IMG/VR virus record: IMGVR_UViG_3300025632_000008
Direction: 5' to 3' (one strand)
DNA: 32,511 nucleotides
DNA from: a virus
Within the stretch, counting starts at the first letter, position 1. Each line of letters opens with the position of its first letter. The translations under genes were made by a program, and so were the position numbers. This document shows, piece after piece, positions 22,947 to 31,905 of this stretch. Below the pieces are notes generated by a model. It ran no database searches. It saw nothing but the letters and a program-made list of their open reading frames with translations, and was not told the origin of the DNA.

Positions 22947-25900
22947 ATGGAAAATGGGTTAACTTTTATGCCAGACATTGAAGTAGGAATGGATACTGTT
23001 TCTGCTCCTGATTTTTATGAAACTGTTGGTGCTTCTCTTGCTTACAAGTATAACCCATTACTAGATTTTGTTTCTGAAACTTTTCAGTTTAGAGAGCCGT
23101 ATCAATTTGGCAGTCGTGCGCAGCCAAGATCTGATTATAATGCTAGACAAAATATTCCAGAAGACTTGCTACCATATAGCTCTTCGCTTCTTGACGCAGA
23201 CAGTCAAGCTCACATGGATTTTAAAGTAAAGAATCTTAGAAGAGGTCTTAAAACTAGAGAAACAAACGCTCGTTCTGGTTTAGGCGCTTCATTCCTTGCT
23301 GAAGCATTTGACCCTGTTAACTACATTGCAATTCCTTTGCGTTTTGTTGGCCTTACAAAAACTGCTTTAAAGACTGGCGCTCAAAGTGCTGCTATTGTAT
23401 CCGCTCAAGAATCTATTAGAGCGCCAATCGATCCTTTAGGTACAACGTCTGAAACCGCAATTAACATTGGCTCTGCGTTTGCTTTTGGCACAGCAATAGG
23501 TCGTCTTACGAATATACCGGCGGCTCGTAGAGCAAAAGCCATGCAAGAAATTAAAGAAGTTGAAGTTGAGATTGAAAATCTACGTCAAGCAATTGAGCCT
23601 TTAGAGGGCGTCGAAATAGATCCTTCTATTGCTAGTAGCGCGTTTACTGACTCATGGCTGTTTAAGTCTGTAACCACACCAATGAAGCGCGTACTTCAAG
23701 ATGAAGCAGTTCCCAACACTGTTAAGTTAACTATGCTTGATATTGCTAATGATGCTGGCATTTTGCTCAATGCAAACAAGCAAGGATTTGCAATAAAGAA
23801 CTCTGTATTTCAAAATGCAAAGCTGCGAGATGGTGAGTGGGTTCAAGCCTATGACGAGATTGTTTCTATTTGGGGCGAGTCTCACGGCAAAGGTGTAACT
23901 CAACCATTAGATTATATGTACAAGCGAAAAGACTTTGAGCAGTGGCTTACAGAAGTAGACTCAAAAGCGATTCGTGGACAGAAGCCTGCCGATGATTTTG
24001 AAGCTAAGGCTATGGATGCGTTAAACAATTTCTATAGCAAGTGGGAATCACGACTAAGTGAAAGGGGGCTAATTGGCAATAAAGGTTTTTACCTAAACGA
24101 TATTGCCAAGCGCCAATCAAGAATTGATACTATTAATGGGACAATTGAGCGTTATCGTGGCACTCCTGAGTTTGATCGCTTGCAAGGTATTGTGTCTCGC
24201 AACTCAGATATTATTGACCTACACAAAGCTACACTAGAAGATTTGGATTCGGCTGCTCCCATTCTGCCTGCTAACGAAGATATATTTCGTCCTCGATACT
24301 GGGACAAAGATGGGATTAAAAAAGATCGTGCTGGGCTTGAGAAGATTTTATCTGATTGGTTTAGGCAAAACCCAGAAGGTTATGGCATAAGTCCAACAGG
24401 TAAGTGGGAGAAAGTTACTTACTCAACTTCTGAAGAGGCTATCGCAAAACGAGCTTCTGACGCAGTTGACTCTATTCTTGGCCTTAAAGATGTTACTGAT
24501 GTAGATGTTGCAACCTTTGGGTACGGCAAGTCTAAGCACCTAAAGCACCGTGGGATCGACATTCCTAATAAACTTGTACTTGATTACATTCATCGCAATC
24601 CAGTTTCCATTATGAAAGCATACACTGCGCGTACAGCTCCACGCTATGAGTTTGCTGCTAAGTTTGATGGACAGGAGATTGACGACATACTTGATGACAA
24701 GATGTCTGAAATGCTTGCATCCGGGATGTCGTTAGAAAAAGCCAACGCTGCGTCTAGAGATATACGCCATATGTATGATCGAGTTGCTGGTACAGTTCTT
24801 CGTGAGCCAGATGCTCTTAATCAAAAGGTTGCTGAAGTTCTTCGTACCGCTGCTCAACTTGGTTATCTTGGTAAGGCTGGGTTATCTACTATTTCAGAGC
24901 CAGCAAAGATTATGATGGAACACGGCATTGGTAAAACAATGAAGGGTTTGTTTAGTATTCTTGATGACAACCAATTAAAGTTAGGCGCTAAAGAAGCAAG
25001 GATTGCTGGTGAGGCATTGGAAATCCTAATGGGCTCTTCTCATCTTCGCTTAGTAGATGACATGGGCAACAATCCATTGCGCTCTAATCTTATGGACAAG
25101 TCCAAGAACGCTTTCTATTTGCTTAACGGCTTGGCCCCTATCACTCGTATATTTAAAGACTTTGATGGGATGATGCGCAGCCACACAATCATTGATTACT
25201 CAGTGCGCTTGACGCAGGGTAAAGCCACTAAGATGGAGCAAGAGTATTTGCTTCGCTATGGTATTGACTTTGATACCGCTGGCAAGATTGCCAACGCGCC
25301 TTGGCAGAAGTCTAAGTCCGGCATGTACATGGCTAACACTGAGTCATGGAGTAATACAATTGAGTTCCCCTCTACGACTGCCGACATTGTAACAGGGCCG
25401 ACTAATACATATGCAAAGAGCGGTCGCTATAAACCAGCGTTTTACCGTGACAAAGACAAAACAATCTACATTGATGAAGACTATATTCGAGATACAATGT
25501 GGGCTGAACGTGGGTGGGAAAATCCGCGTGTTGAAGGTGTAAAGCCTATTGAAGAAGGGATCATTAATACACCAGACGATTATGTCACTTTTATTAAAAT
25601 GCACGAAATTATGCACACAATACATTCATCGAAGTCACTAGGTTTTGATAAGCGTACTAAGCAAGGTTTGGCTGATTATGAGAACGCTATTAATGACATG
25701 GCTGTTGCTGAGATAAAGAAGCAGGCTAGAGTTGATCCTGAAACAGTTAAGTCTTTCCGCAATGCTCTTAGCTCTGGGATTGCTAATACCATTCTTATGG
25801 GTACGCCTGCTGATAAGCCGATCATTACTGACGGTATAGCTTACATTCCTATGCACGTTGCTAGCAAGTTTGGAATGAAGGAAGACAGTAAGTACAAAGG

Positions 25901-26474
25901 GTACGCTAGAATAGAAAACGGATTGCTTGGTATGCCGTTCCAGTTCTACAGCTACGCTCTTGCAGCAACAAACAAAACATTAGCTGCTTATGGTCATGGA
26001 CAATTAAAGAATCAATTCCTGGGTACAGCAATTGCTATGGGTCTTGGTTATATTTCTCTAGAATTAAAGACACCTGACTTTGTTGAGCTTTCTCCGCAAG
26101 ATAAGTTTGCTAGAGCATTTGATTACTCAGGTGTCGCCGCTCTGTACTCAGATCTTTTTTACACAGCAATGAGTACAAGCCTTGCATTGGGTGGGCCAAA
26201 CATTACGGGTGGTGCGCTGCAACCTAGATACCCGCAAGAGGCTAGTACGAGTGACGCTATCACTGGGCTTCTTGGTGCTGGCCCTTCTATTGGCATGGAG
26301 TATGTCAACGGTATGGCTAATATGCTGACGGGAAATATTGGAAAGGGAAGCAAGGAATTTATAAGAGCTTTGCCATTTTCTAATGTTTGGATGTTTAATG
26401 ACACGGTTAATAGATTAACCAATATGCTTGAAAGTGAGCTTGATGATGGGCCGTCTGGATTCGGTAGATACTAA
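22947..26474 (+). CDS. Internal virion / ejection protein (gp16 position), 1175 aa, with an HEIMH zincin-like motif
   Basis: Size and synteny. HEIMH at nt 25602-25616 (res 886-890) with E912 downstream. Hydrophobic C-terminal segments. Confidence 0.5.
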   Translation: MENGLTFMPDIEVGMDTVSAPDFYETVGASLAYKYNPLLDFVSETFQFREPYQFGSRAQPRSDYNARQNIPEDLLPYSSSLLDADSQAHMDFKVKNLRRGLKTRETNARSGLGASFLAEAFDPVNYIAIPLRFVGLTKTALKTGAQSAAIVSAQESIRAPIDPLGTTSETAINIGSAFAFGTAIGRLTNIPAARRAKAMQEIKEVEVEIENLRQAIEPLEGVEIDPSIASSAFTDSWLFKSVTTPMKRVLQDEAVPNTVKLTMLDIANDAGILLNANKQGFAIKNSVFQNAKLRDGEWVQAYDEIVSIWGESHGKGVTQPLDYMYKRKDFEQWLTEVDSKAIRGQKPADDFEAKAMDALNNFYSKWESRLSERGLIGNKGFYLNDIAKRQSRIDTINGTIERYRGTPEFDRLQGIVSRNSDIIDLHKATLEDLDSAAPILPANEDIFRPRYWDKDGIKKDRAGLEKILSDWFRQNPEGYGISPTGKWEKVTYSTSEEAIAKRASDAVDSILGLKDVTDVDVATFGYGKSKHLKHRGIDIPNKLVLDYIHRNPVSIMKAYTARTAPRYEFAAKFDGQEIDDILDDKMSEMLASGMSLEKANAASRDIRHMYDRVAGTVLREPDALNQKVAEVLRTAAQLGYLGKAGLSTISEPAKIMMEHGIGKTMKGLFSILDDNQLKLGAKEARIAGEALEILMGSSHLRLVDDMGNNPLRSNLMDKSKNAFYLLNGLAPITRIFKDFDGMMRSHTIIDYSVRLTQGKATKMEQEYLLRYGIDFDTAGKIANAPWQKSKSGMYMANTESWSNTIEFPSTTADIVTGPTNTYAKSGRYKPAFYRDKDKTIYIDEDYIRDTMWAERGWENPRVEGVKPIEEGIINTPDDYVTFIKMHEIMHTIHSSKSLGFDKRTKQGLADYENAINDMAVAEIKKQARVDPETVKSFRNALSSGIANTILMGTPADKPIITDGIAYIPMHVASKFGMKEDSKYKGYARIENGLLGMPFQFYSYALAATNKTLAAYGHGQLKNQFLGTAIAMGLGYISLELKTPDFVELSPQDKFARAFDYSGVAALYSDLFYTAMSTSLALGGPNITGGALQPRYPQEASTSDAITGLLGAGPSIGMEYVNGMANMLTGNIGKGSKEFIRALPFSNVWMFNDTVNRLTNMLESELDDGPSGFGRY

Positions 26475-26529
26475 TTGTGCGTTGAAGTGCTTGCTTTAGC
26501 TTGCTAGTCGATAAAAAAAGGAATGTGAC

Positions 26530-28164
26530 ATGACGATTAACCTTGCCGATAACTCGCCTCGAATATCATATTCGGTAGCGCAGGGCGTAACTCAGTCCAC
26601 GTTTACTGTGCCGTTTGAGTTCTTTGCTGAAGAAAGCCTTAACGTATATGTTGATGGTGTTCTCAAGGCTTTAACTACTGATTACACTGTAACTGGTGGT
26701 GACGGCTCTACTGGCTCGGTTGCTATATCGGTTACAGGCGCATCCGGTGGCTCAACGGTTGTTATCACTAGGGAAATTTCACTTGAGCGTACGGCAGACT
26801 TTCCAACATCTGGGCCTTTTCAGATTGCCGCACTCAATACAGAACTTGACCGCATCATAGCTATTGCTGCTGACTTGAATGATGGTGTAGCGCGTTCCCT
26901 TCAGCTTACAGATTTTGATATTGCTGCTAACTTAACGCTTCCAACCGTTGATGATCGCAAGGGTAAGACGCTTGCATTTAATTCAGTAAGCGGCGCTGTT
27001 GAAGCTGGTCCATCTATCTCTGATACACAAACTGTATCTAACGCATCGGCAGACATTGCGTTGCTTGCTGACACTCAAGACGGAACATTAGCTACTAATG
27101 CAATTACTAATCTAAATAGCATTCGTACTGATGTAACTACAGTTTCGGGCATATCTGCAAATGTGACTACTGTAGCAAGCAATAATGCTAATGTTACTAC
27201 AGTAGGAACTAACATTGCTGACGTGAATACAGTTAGCGGCATATCAGCGAATGTCACAACAGTTTCAGGCATAAGCGCAGATGTTTCAACTGTAGCATCA
27301 AACTATACAGATGTTGTTACAGTCTCTGGTATTTCAGGGAATGTAACTATTGTTGCAACAAACCTTACAGATGTAAATAACTTTGCTAACCGCTATCAAA
27401 TAAGTGCGACAGAGCCAAGCCCTGCTAGTGAAGGCTTGCTTTGGTACGATAGCGCGAATGACATTATGAAGGTTTACAATGGCGGCTCATTCCAAAATGC
27501 TGGATCATCGATCAATGGTACATCGGAGCGCCAAACATACACAGCCACGGCAAGCCAAACGACATTTGCGGCAACATATGATTCTGGTTTTGTGGATGTT
27601 TATTTAAACGGCGTTAAGCTAATTGATGGCACTGACTTTACTGCAACTGATGGGTCTAATGTTGTTTTGTCATCTGGCGCGGCGGCTGGCGATAGCGTTG
27701 ACATCGTTGCTTATGGTACGTTTAATCTGGCTGACGTTTACACGCAGGCGCAATCTGATGCTCGATATGTTAATGTGTCGCATACTGGTGATGTAGGAAT
27801 TACCGGGGATCTAGGAATTACTGGGGAACTTATAGCCGACAGCTATAACGAGACCTACGCGGCGCTTACTGCTGCTGCTACGGTAGATGTAGACTGTGAG
27901 ACGGGAAACGTGTTTGCTCTTACGACAGATCAAAACACCACGTTTACATTTAGCAACCCACCAGCGACAGGCACTGCCTATGGCTTTACCCTGAAGCTCA
28001 CGGCTGGCGGCACGCATACGATCACATGGCCTGCATCCGTTGACTGGGCTGGGGCTACTGCACCTGACGCTCCCGCTAGTGGCGAGACTAATTTGCTTGT
28101 CTTTATTACTCACGATGGCGGCACAACGTGGTACGGCTTCCAAGGTGGGGCGGCAATGGCATGA
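26530..28164 (+). CDS. Tail fibre with a T7 gp17-like N-terminal adaptor domain, decapeptide repeats and a C-terminal tip domain
   Basis: The N-terminus (FTVPFEFF..LNVYVDGVL..DYTV...VVITRE..FPTSGPFQIAALNTELDRI) follows the podovirus fibre N-domain pattern. Nine xVxTVxxxxx repeats follow. RBS aaggaa. Confidence 0.8.
   Translation: MTINLADNSPRISYSVAQGVTQSTFTVPFEFFAEESLNVYVDGVLKALTTDYTVTGGDGSTGSVAISVTGASGGSTVVITREISLERTADFPTSGPFQIAALNTELDRIIAIAADLNDGVARSLQLTDFDIAANLTLPTVDDRKGKTLAFNSVSGAVEAGPSISDTQTVSNASADIALLADTQDGTLATNAITNLNSIRTDVTTVSGISANVTTVASNNANVTTVGTNIADVNTVSGISANVTTVSGISADVSTVASNYTDVVTVSGISGNVTIVATNLTDVNNFANRYQISATEPSPASEGLLWYDSANDIMKVYNGGSFQNAGSSINGTSERQTYTATASQTTFAATYDSGFVDVYLNGVKLIDGTDFTATDGSNVVLSSGAAAGDSVDIVAYGTFNLADVYTQAQSDARYVNVSHTGDVGITGDLGITGELIADSYNETYAALTAAATVDVDCETGNVFALTTDQNTTFTFSNPPATGTAYGFTLKLTAGGTHTITWPASVDWAGATAPDAPASGETNLLVFITHDGGTTWYGFQGGAAMA
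27130..27399 (+). repeat. Nine tandem 30-bp (10-aa) in-frame repeats within the tail fibre
   Basis: DVTTVSGISA NVTTVASNNA NVTTVGTNIA DVNTVSGISA NVTTVSGISA DVSTVASNYT DVVTVSGISG NVTIVATNLT DVNNFANRYQ (res 201-290). Confidence 0.85.
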
Positions 28165-29435
28165 GCGTAACAAGTAAACTTACAGTTATTGGTGCGGCTG
28201 GAGGTCAGTCAGGGCCAGAATATTGGGCTTCAAGGATTGAGAGAACAACAAATGACGACATATTCTTTCTGGGTGTTTGTTGTGATAGTGCCGACAATAT
28301 TATTGCTGTTGGCCATAGGGATTACTCAAACCCAAAAGGATTTATTATAAAATATGATAAGTTTGGGGACGTTCAGTGGCAAGTAGAGTTAGATGTAGGG
28401 GTTACAGCCCAATGCCTTAAGGTGGCTACTGATAGCAATGATAATATTTACGTTACTGCGGGTGGCTTTTACAGCAATTACAATAGAAGTTTTCTTTTGA
28501 AGTATGACGCTGCTGGGAATTTCCAGTGGTCTAGGTCGTATTCAAATAATCAGTTTTATGTTTTTAGAAATGTTGACGTAGACGATAATGACTACATTTA
28601 TGTGTCAGGAAGCGATGCTTCTTCTCGTTGTATGTGGGCGAAATACGATGCAAGCGGAACATTGCAAAACAGCAAAAGTCTCTACAATGGGACTCTTTAT
28701 TCCGAAAGTTTTAGGCAAGGCGTTGTGGTTCCATCCACTGGTGAATGGATACAAGCTGGGAATACAAGTCAAAGCGGCGTTGACTCAGACGGGACTATGG
28801 TCAAGATAAACAGTAGTGGAGGAATATCTTTTCGCAAAAGATATTTTGGAACAAACACTCAGATTTGTTATAGTGCTGGGGCTAAGAGCGATGGGTCAGC
28901 GTTTTACACTTTTATTTTTGACCTCAACGGCGGCCCAACAACATACTACCGCATAGTAAAACTAAATTCTTCTGGCTCTCTTGTGAGATCGGTTTATACT
29001 GCTGAGCCATATACTGGAGATATGGCAGTTGACAGCAATACCCGTGTTTTAATCGCTGGATCAACTGGCTTTATATCTTGTGATGAATACTTAAATGCTG
29101 GAAGCACTTTTTCTCGAAGTTTTAGCGGCTTCAATCCAAACGCAATAGCTGTGGACAGTAATAATAACATCATATTTGCTGGTAAGACTGGCGCATCAGC
29201 CTTTCGTGCCGACGAAGGTGCTGTGATTAAATTGCCTGCCGATGGGTCGGGAACAGGCACTTGGGATTGGCTTACTTATAGCACTGGAACAGGAGGCATA
29301 TCTGGAACGGTAGGTGTGTCAAACACAAGCACAACTGCCTATATGAACACGCCCAATGGCTCTTTTTCAAGCATAGACCCCTTCACAAAAACTGACCCAG
29401 CTTACACAACTGAACTTTATGAAATAGAGCCATAA
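28161..29435 (+). CDS. Beta-propeller repeat protein (SBBP-like), probable distal receptor-binding protein
   Basis: ATGA overlap with the fibre stop. Five to six repeats of D.(N/D)DNIYV.G...(x)..KYD..G...W, for example DSNDNIYVTAGG..LLKYDAAGNFQWS. Confidence 0.6.
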   Translation: MSVTSKLTVIGAAGGQSGPEYWASRIERTTNDDIFFLGVCCDSADNIIAVGHRDYSNPKGFIIKYDKFGDVQWQVELDVGVTAQCLKVATDSNDNIYVTAGGFYSNYNRSFLLKYDAAGNFQWSRSYSNNQFYVFRNVDVDDNDYIYVSGSDASSRCMWAKYDASGTLQNSKSLYNGTLYSESFRQGVVVPSTGEWIQAGNTSQSGVDSDGTMVKINSSGGISFRKRYFGTNTQICYSAGAKSDGSAFYTFIFDLNGGPTTYYRIVKLNSSGSLVRSVYTAEPYTGDMAVDSNTRVLIAGSTGFISCDEYLNAGSTFSRSFSGFNPNAIAVDSNNNIIFAGKTGASAFRADEGAVIKLPADGSGTGTWDWLTYSTGTGGISGTVGVSNTSTTAYMNTPNGSFSSIDPFTKTDPAYTTELYEIEP

Positions 29436-29445
29436 GGAGACTGCA

Positions 29446-29901
29446 ATGCTAGTCAAAATTACAAACGGTAATGTAGACACATACCCCTATTCCGCAGGGC
29501 AACTACGCCGTGATAATCCTAACACATCGTTTCCCAAGCGCATCCCAGATGAGATGCTTGAGAGCTATGGCTTATACACTGTTGTATATACCGACATGCC
29601 TAGCATTGATGACCGTACACAGAAGGTCGAGCAAGAGGCCACACCATCTTTGGTCTCTGGGGCTTGGACTATTGGCTGGTCTACTTCAGATAAGACTACT
29701 GAGGAGATAGCAGAGTATGATGCTGATGCAGCTGCAAATGTTCGTGCGGAACGTGATGGTCTACTAGCGCGATCAGACTGGACGCAAGTAGCTGACGCCC
29801 CTGTAGATGCTACAGCATGGGCAACCTATCGTCAGGCACTGAGGGACATTACAGACCAAGCTGGTTTTCCTAATGACATCAACTGGCCCACACAACCTTA
29901 A
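29446..29901 (+). CDS. Tail fibre assembly chaperone-like protein, copy 1
   Basis: C-terminus RDGLLARSDWTQ....AWATYRQALRDIT...FPNDINWPTQP matches the phage tail assembly chaperone pattern. Paralog of 31069..31527. Confidence 0.7.
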   Translation: MLVKITNGNVDTYPYSAGQLRRDNPNTSFPKRIPDEMLESYGLYTVVYTDMPSIDDRTQKVEQEATPSLVSGAWTIGWSTSDKTTEEIAEYDADAAANVRAERDGLLARSDWTQVADAPVDATAWATYRQALRDITDQAGFPNDINWPTQP

Positions 29902-29916
29902 TCAGGAGATAACACT

Positions 29917-30324
29917 ATGAGCAACGCAAGACTTCTCAGTGACATTATTTCCACTGATGGTTCCATCCAACCTTTGTCGTATTCTGAGACTTATGCCGCA
30001 GTAACGTCTACTTCTAACGCTACTACAGTAGACTGCGAAGCTGGTAATACGTTTGGTCACACGCTGACAGAGAACACTACGTTCACCTTCAGCAACCCAC
30101 CTGCAAGTGGCATAGCTTACACGATGAGCATTGAGATCATCCAAGATGCAGGTGCTTCTGGCTTTACAGTTACATGGCCTACGTCTGTGGACTTCCCTGC
30201 CGCTACAGCACCCACACTAACGGACACTGCCAGCGCGGTAGATGTGTTCGTATTTTCCACCCATGACGGTGGCACAACTTGGTACGGCTTCACGGCAGGT
30301 CAAGCAATCGCAACACCAGCATAA
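29917..30324 (+). CDS. Stand-alone paralog of the tail-fibre C-terminal tip domain
   Basis: SETYAAVT..VDCEAGNTF..NTTFTFSNPPASG.AY...TVTWPTSVD..ATAP...VFVFSTHDGGTTWYGF aligns with fibre res ~438-540, about half identical by eye. Confidence 0.7.
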   Translation: MSNARLLSDIISTDGSIQPLSYSETYAAVTSTSNATTVDCEAGNTFGHTLTENTTFTFSNPPASGIAYTMSIEIIQDAGASGFTVTWPTSVDFPAATAPTLTDTASAVDVFVFSTHDGGTTWYGFTAGQAIATPA

Positions 30325-30336
30325 GGAGCTATAAAT

Positions 30337-31041
30337 ATGGCGACTAAGAAAAAGATGCTGCAAGCTGCTGCTGGTGGTGTTTCTCCTGTAGAGTATGTCT
30401 ATAGTGGAATTACATCCCAGATTAATGGCCTATCAATGACCAGACCTATATCTAACGTAAAAGCTGGTGATTTAATTCTTGTATTTCACTCAGCGGCGTC
30501 AGGTACTAGTGGTAGTCAGTTGGGTGTTATGAGTTTGAATACTACTGGGTACACTCTTCTTAGAGCTTACTTTACATCAAATTCAAACAACTATGACACT
30601 AACCTAGAGATATACGGTAAAATAGCCGATGGTACTGAAACATCTGTTGTCTCTAATGGTGGATTAAATAGTTTGTTTGGTTCAGCTTTAACTGTTGGTG
30701 TCTACAGAGGAACAGATGGTACTCTACCAGATACTTCTCGTTTTACTGTTAATGACAGTGGAAACAACGATGATGTTATCTTCCCAACTACAACAACTAT
30801 TGAGGGAGGGGATTTACTAGTTGTCTTTGGCGCTAATGCCACAAACGTCCCAAGTTTTACTGCGCCAACTGACTTGGACGAGTGGATATACAAAGGTGCT
30901 AATGATACATATGATAACACTTTCGGTCTTGGTTCTATTTTAATTACAGACCAAACATCCTTTACTGCAAACACATGGGTTGGCGGAAGCAATTCAAATT
31001 CGTTTACTCATGTTGGCGGCTACGTCAGACTAAGGCCATAA
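30337..31041 (+). CDS. Hypothetical protein, probable second receptor-binding / distal tail protein
   Basis: Its position mirrors 28161..29435. The N-terminal AAGGVSPVEYVYS resembles AAGGQSGPEYWAS of that protein. S/T/N/G-rich. Confidence 0.5.
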   Translation: MATKKKMLQAAAGGVSPVEYVYSGITSQINGLSMTRPISNVKAGDLILVFHSAASGTSGSQLGVMSLNTTGYTLLRAYFTSNSNNYDTNLEIYGKIADGTETSVVSNGGLNSLFGSALTVGVYRGTDGTLPDTSRFTVNDSGNNDDVIFPTTTTIEGGDLLVVFGANATNVPSFTAPTDLDEWIYKGANDTYDNTFGLGSILITDQTSFTANTWVGGSNSNSFTHVGGYVRLRP

Positions 31042-31068
31042 ACTAGCAAACTCAAGGAGAGCACAACG

Positions 31069-31527
31069 ATGTATGCTAAAATCACAAACGGTCAAGTCGA
31101 TCAATACCCATACACAGTGGGTAATCTACGCCGTGACAATCCTAATGTATCTTTTCCAAAGACCATCCGCACAGCAACTATGGCTGGATACGGTATGTAC
31201 CCTGTTAGCTACGAGGCTGCGCCAGACTACGATCCGTTGACGCACCGCCTACAGCACAGCAGTATTCCTTCGTTGGTGGATGGCGAGTGGAAGCTGACCA
31301 AGACTGTCGTTGCCCTTACTGAAGATCAGATCGCAGCGGCCACTGCTGCTAAAGCCAAGGAGATGCGCAGTGATCGTGATGCAAAGCTGGCAGACACAGA
31401 TTGGATGGCGCTTTCAGATGTGACCATGAGCGCAGGCATGACAACCTATCGTCAGGCTTTGCGTGACATTACTGCGCACGCTAACTGGCCTAATTTGGAA
31501 GAGGCCGACTGGCCGACTAAGCCCTAA
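31069..31527 (+). CDS. Tail fibre assembly chaperone-like protein, copy 2
   Basis: KITNGQVDQYPYTVGNLRRDNPNVSFPK ... RDAKLADTDWMA ... YRQALRDITAHANWPN..DWPTKP. Paralog of 29446..29901. Confidence 0.7.
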   Translation: MYAKITNGQVDQYPYTVGNLRRDNPNVSFPKTIRTATMAGYGMYPVSYEAAPDYDPLTHRLQHSSIPSLVDGEWKLTKTVVALTEDQIAAATAAKAKEMRSDRDAKLADTDWMALSDVTMSAGMTTYRQALRDITAHANWPNLEEADWPTKP

Positions 31528-31537
31528 GGAATAAGAC

Positions 31538-31732
31538 ATGGATAAACGTACAGTAGCCTCCGCGCATGATCGCATTGATGGCCTTGAGAAGGAGGTTATC
31601 GCTATAAAAACTGAAGTAAAAATCCAATTCAAAGATCTGTTCGGTCGCGTCAAGCGCATGGAAAGCATCATGATTGCAGCAACCGCCTCGATCATTGGCT
31701 TGCTGGTCGCTGTGTTGACGAAGATGGGGTGA
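31538..31732 (+). CDS. Small tail-anchored membrane protein (XhlA-like architecture)
   Basis: N-terminal coiled coil HDRIDGLEKEVIAIKTEVK and C-terminal TM IMIAATASIIGLLVAVL. The family call is inferred from architecture only. Confidence 0.45.
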   Translation: MDKRTVASAHDRIDGLEKEVIAIKTEVKIQFKDLFGRVKRMESIMIAATASIIGLLVAVLTKMG

Positions 31733-31905
31733 TGATCTGTGTGCTTGCCTTTGTCTCATTCAACCACGCTTGGACAGAAGGCGGGAACCAGTTGTTCCAA
31801 TACTGTTTCTATAACTGCGGCGCTGCAAAGAATGGCTTGTGGTACGATAGGGTCTATCGTGTCAGCTACTTGTTTGTCTGCCCAGCAAGGTTCGTTGAAA
31901 CATGA
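31732..31905 (+). CDS. Hypothetical 57-aa Cys/aromatic-rich protein (below the ORF-track cutoff)
   Basis: Hand translation gives MICVLAFVSFNHAWTEGGNQLFQYCFYNCGAAKNGLWYDRVYRVSYLFVCPARFVET. TGATG and ATGA overlaps with both neighbours. Confidence 0.45.
   Translation: MICVLAFVSFNHAWTEGGNQLFQYCFYNCGAAKNGLWYDRVYRVSYLFVCPARFVET

Noticed and set aside
27075-27272. 65-aa minus-strand ORF and other antisense or alternative-frame track ORFs (e.g. 10488..10865, 10739..11182, 11865..12266, 18914..19282, 25344..25625)
   Set aside because: All lie inside long, motif-supported genes and lack RBSs. The one at 27075 simply mirrors the fibre tandem repeats.
27130-27399. Possible CRISPR array suggested by regular 30-bp periodicity
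   Set aside because: The units are contiguous with no spacers, are in frame, and encode a decapeptide repeat of the tail fibre.
27841-30324. Diversity-generating retroelement (VR/TR pair) involving the fibre C-terminus and the downstream 135-aa copy
   Set aside because: There is no reverse transcriptase gene in the genome. The two copies are only about half identical at protein level, with differences at all base types rather than adenine-specific. Both are intact ORFs with their own RBS context.
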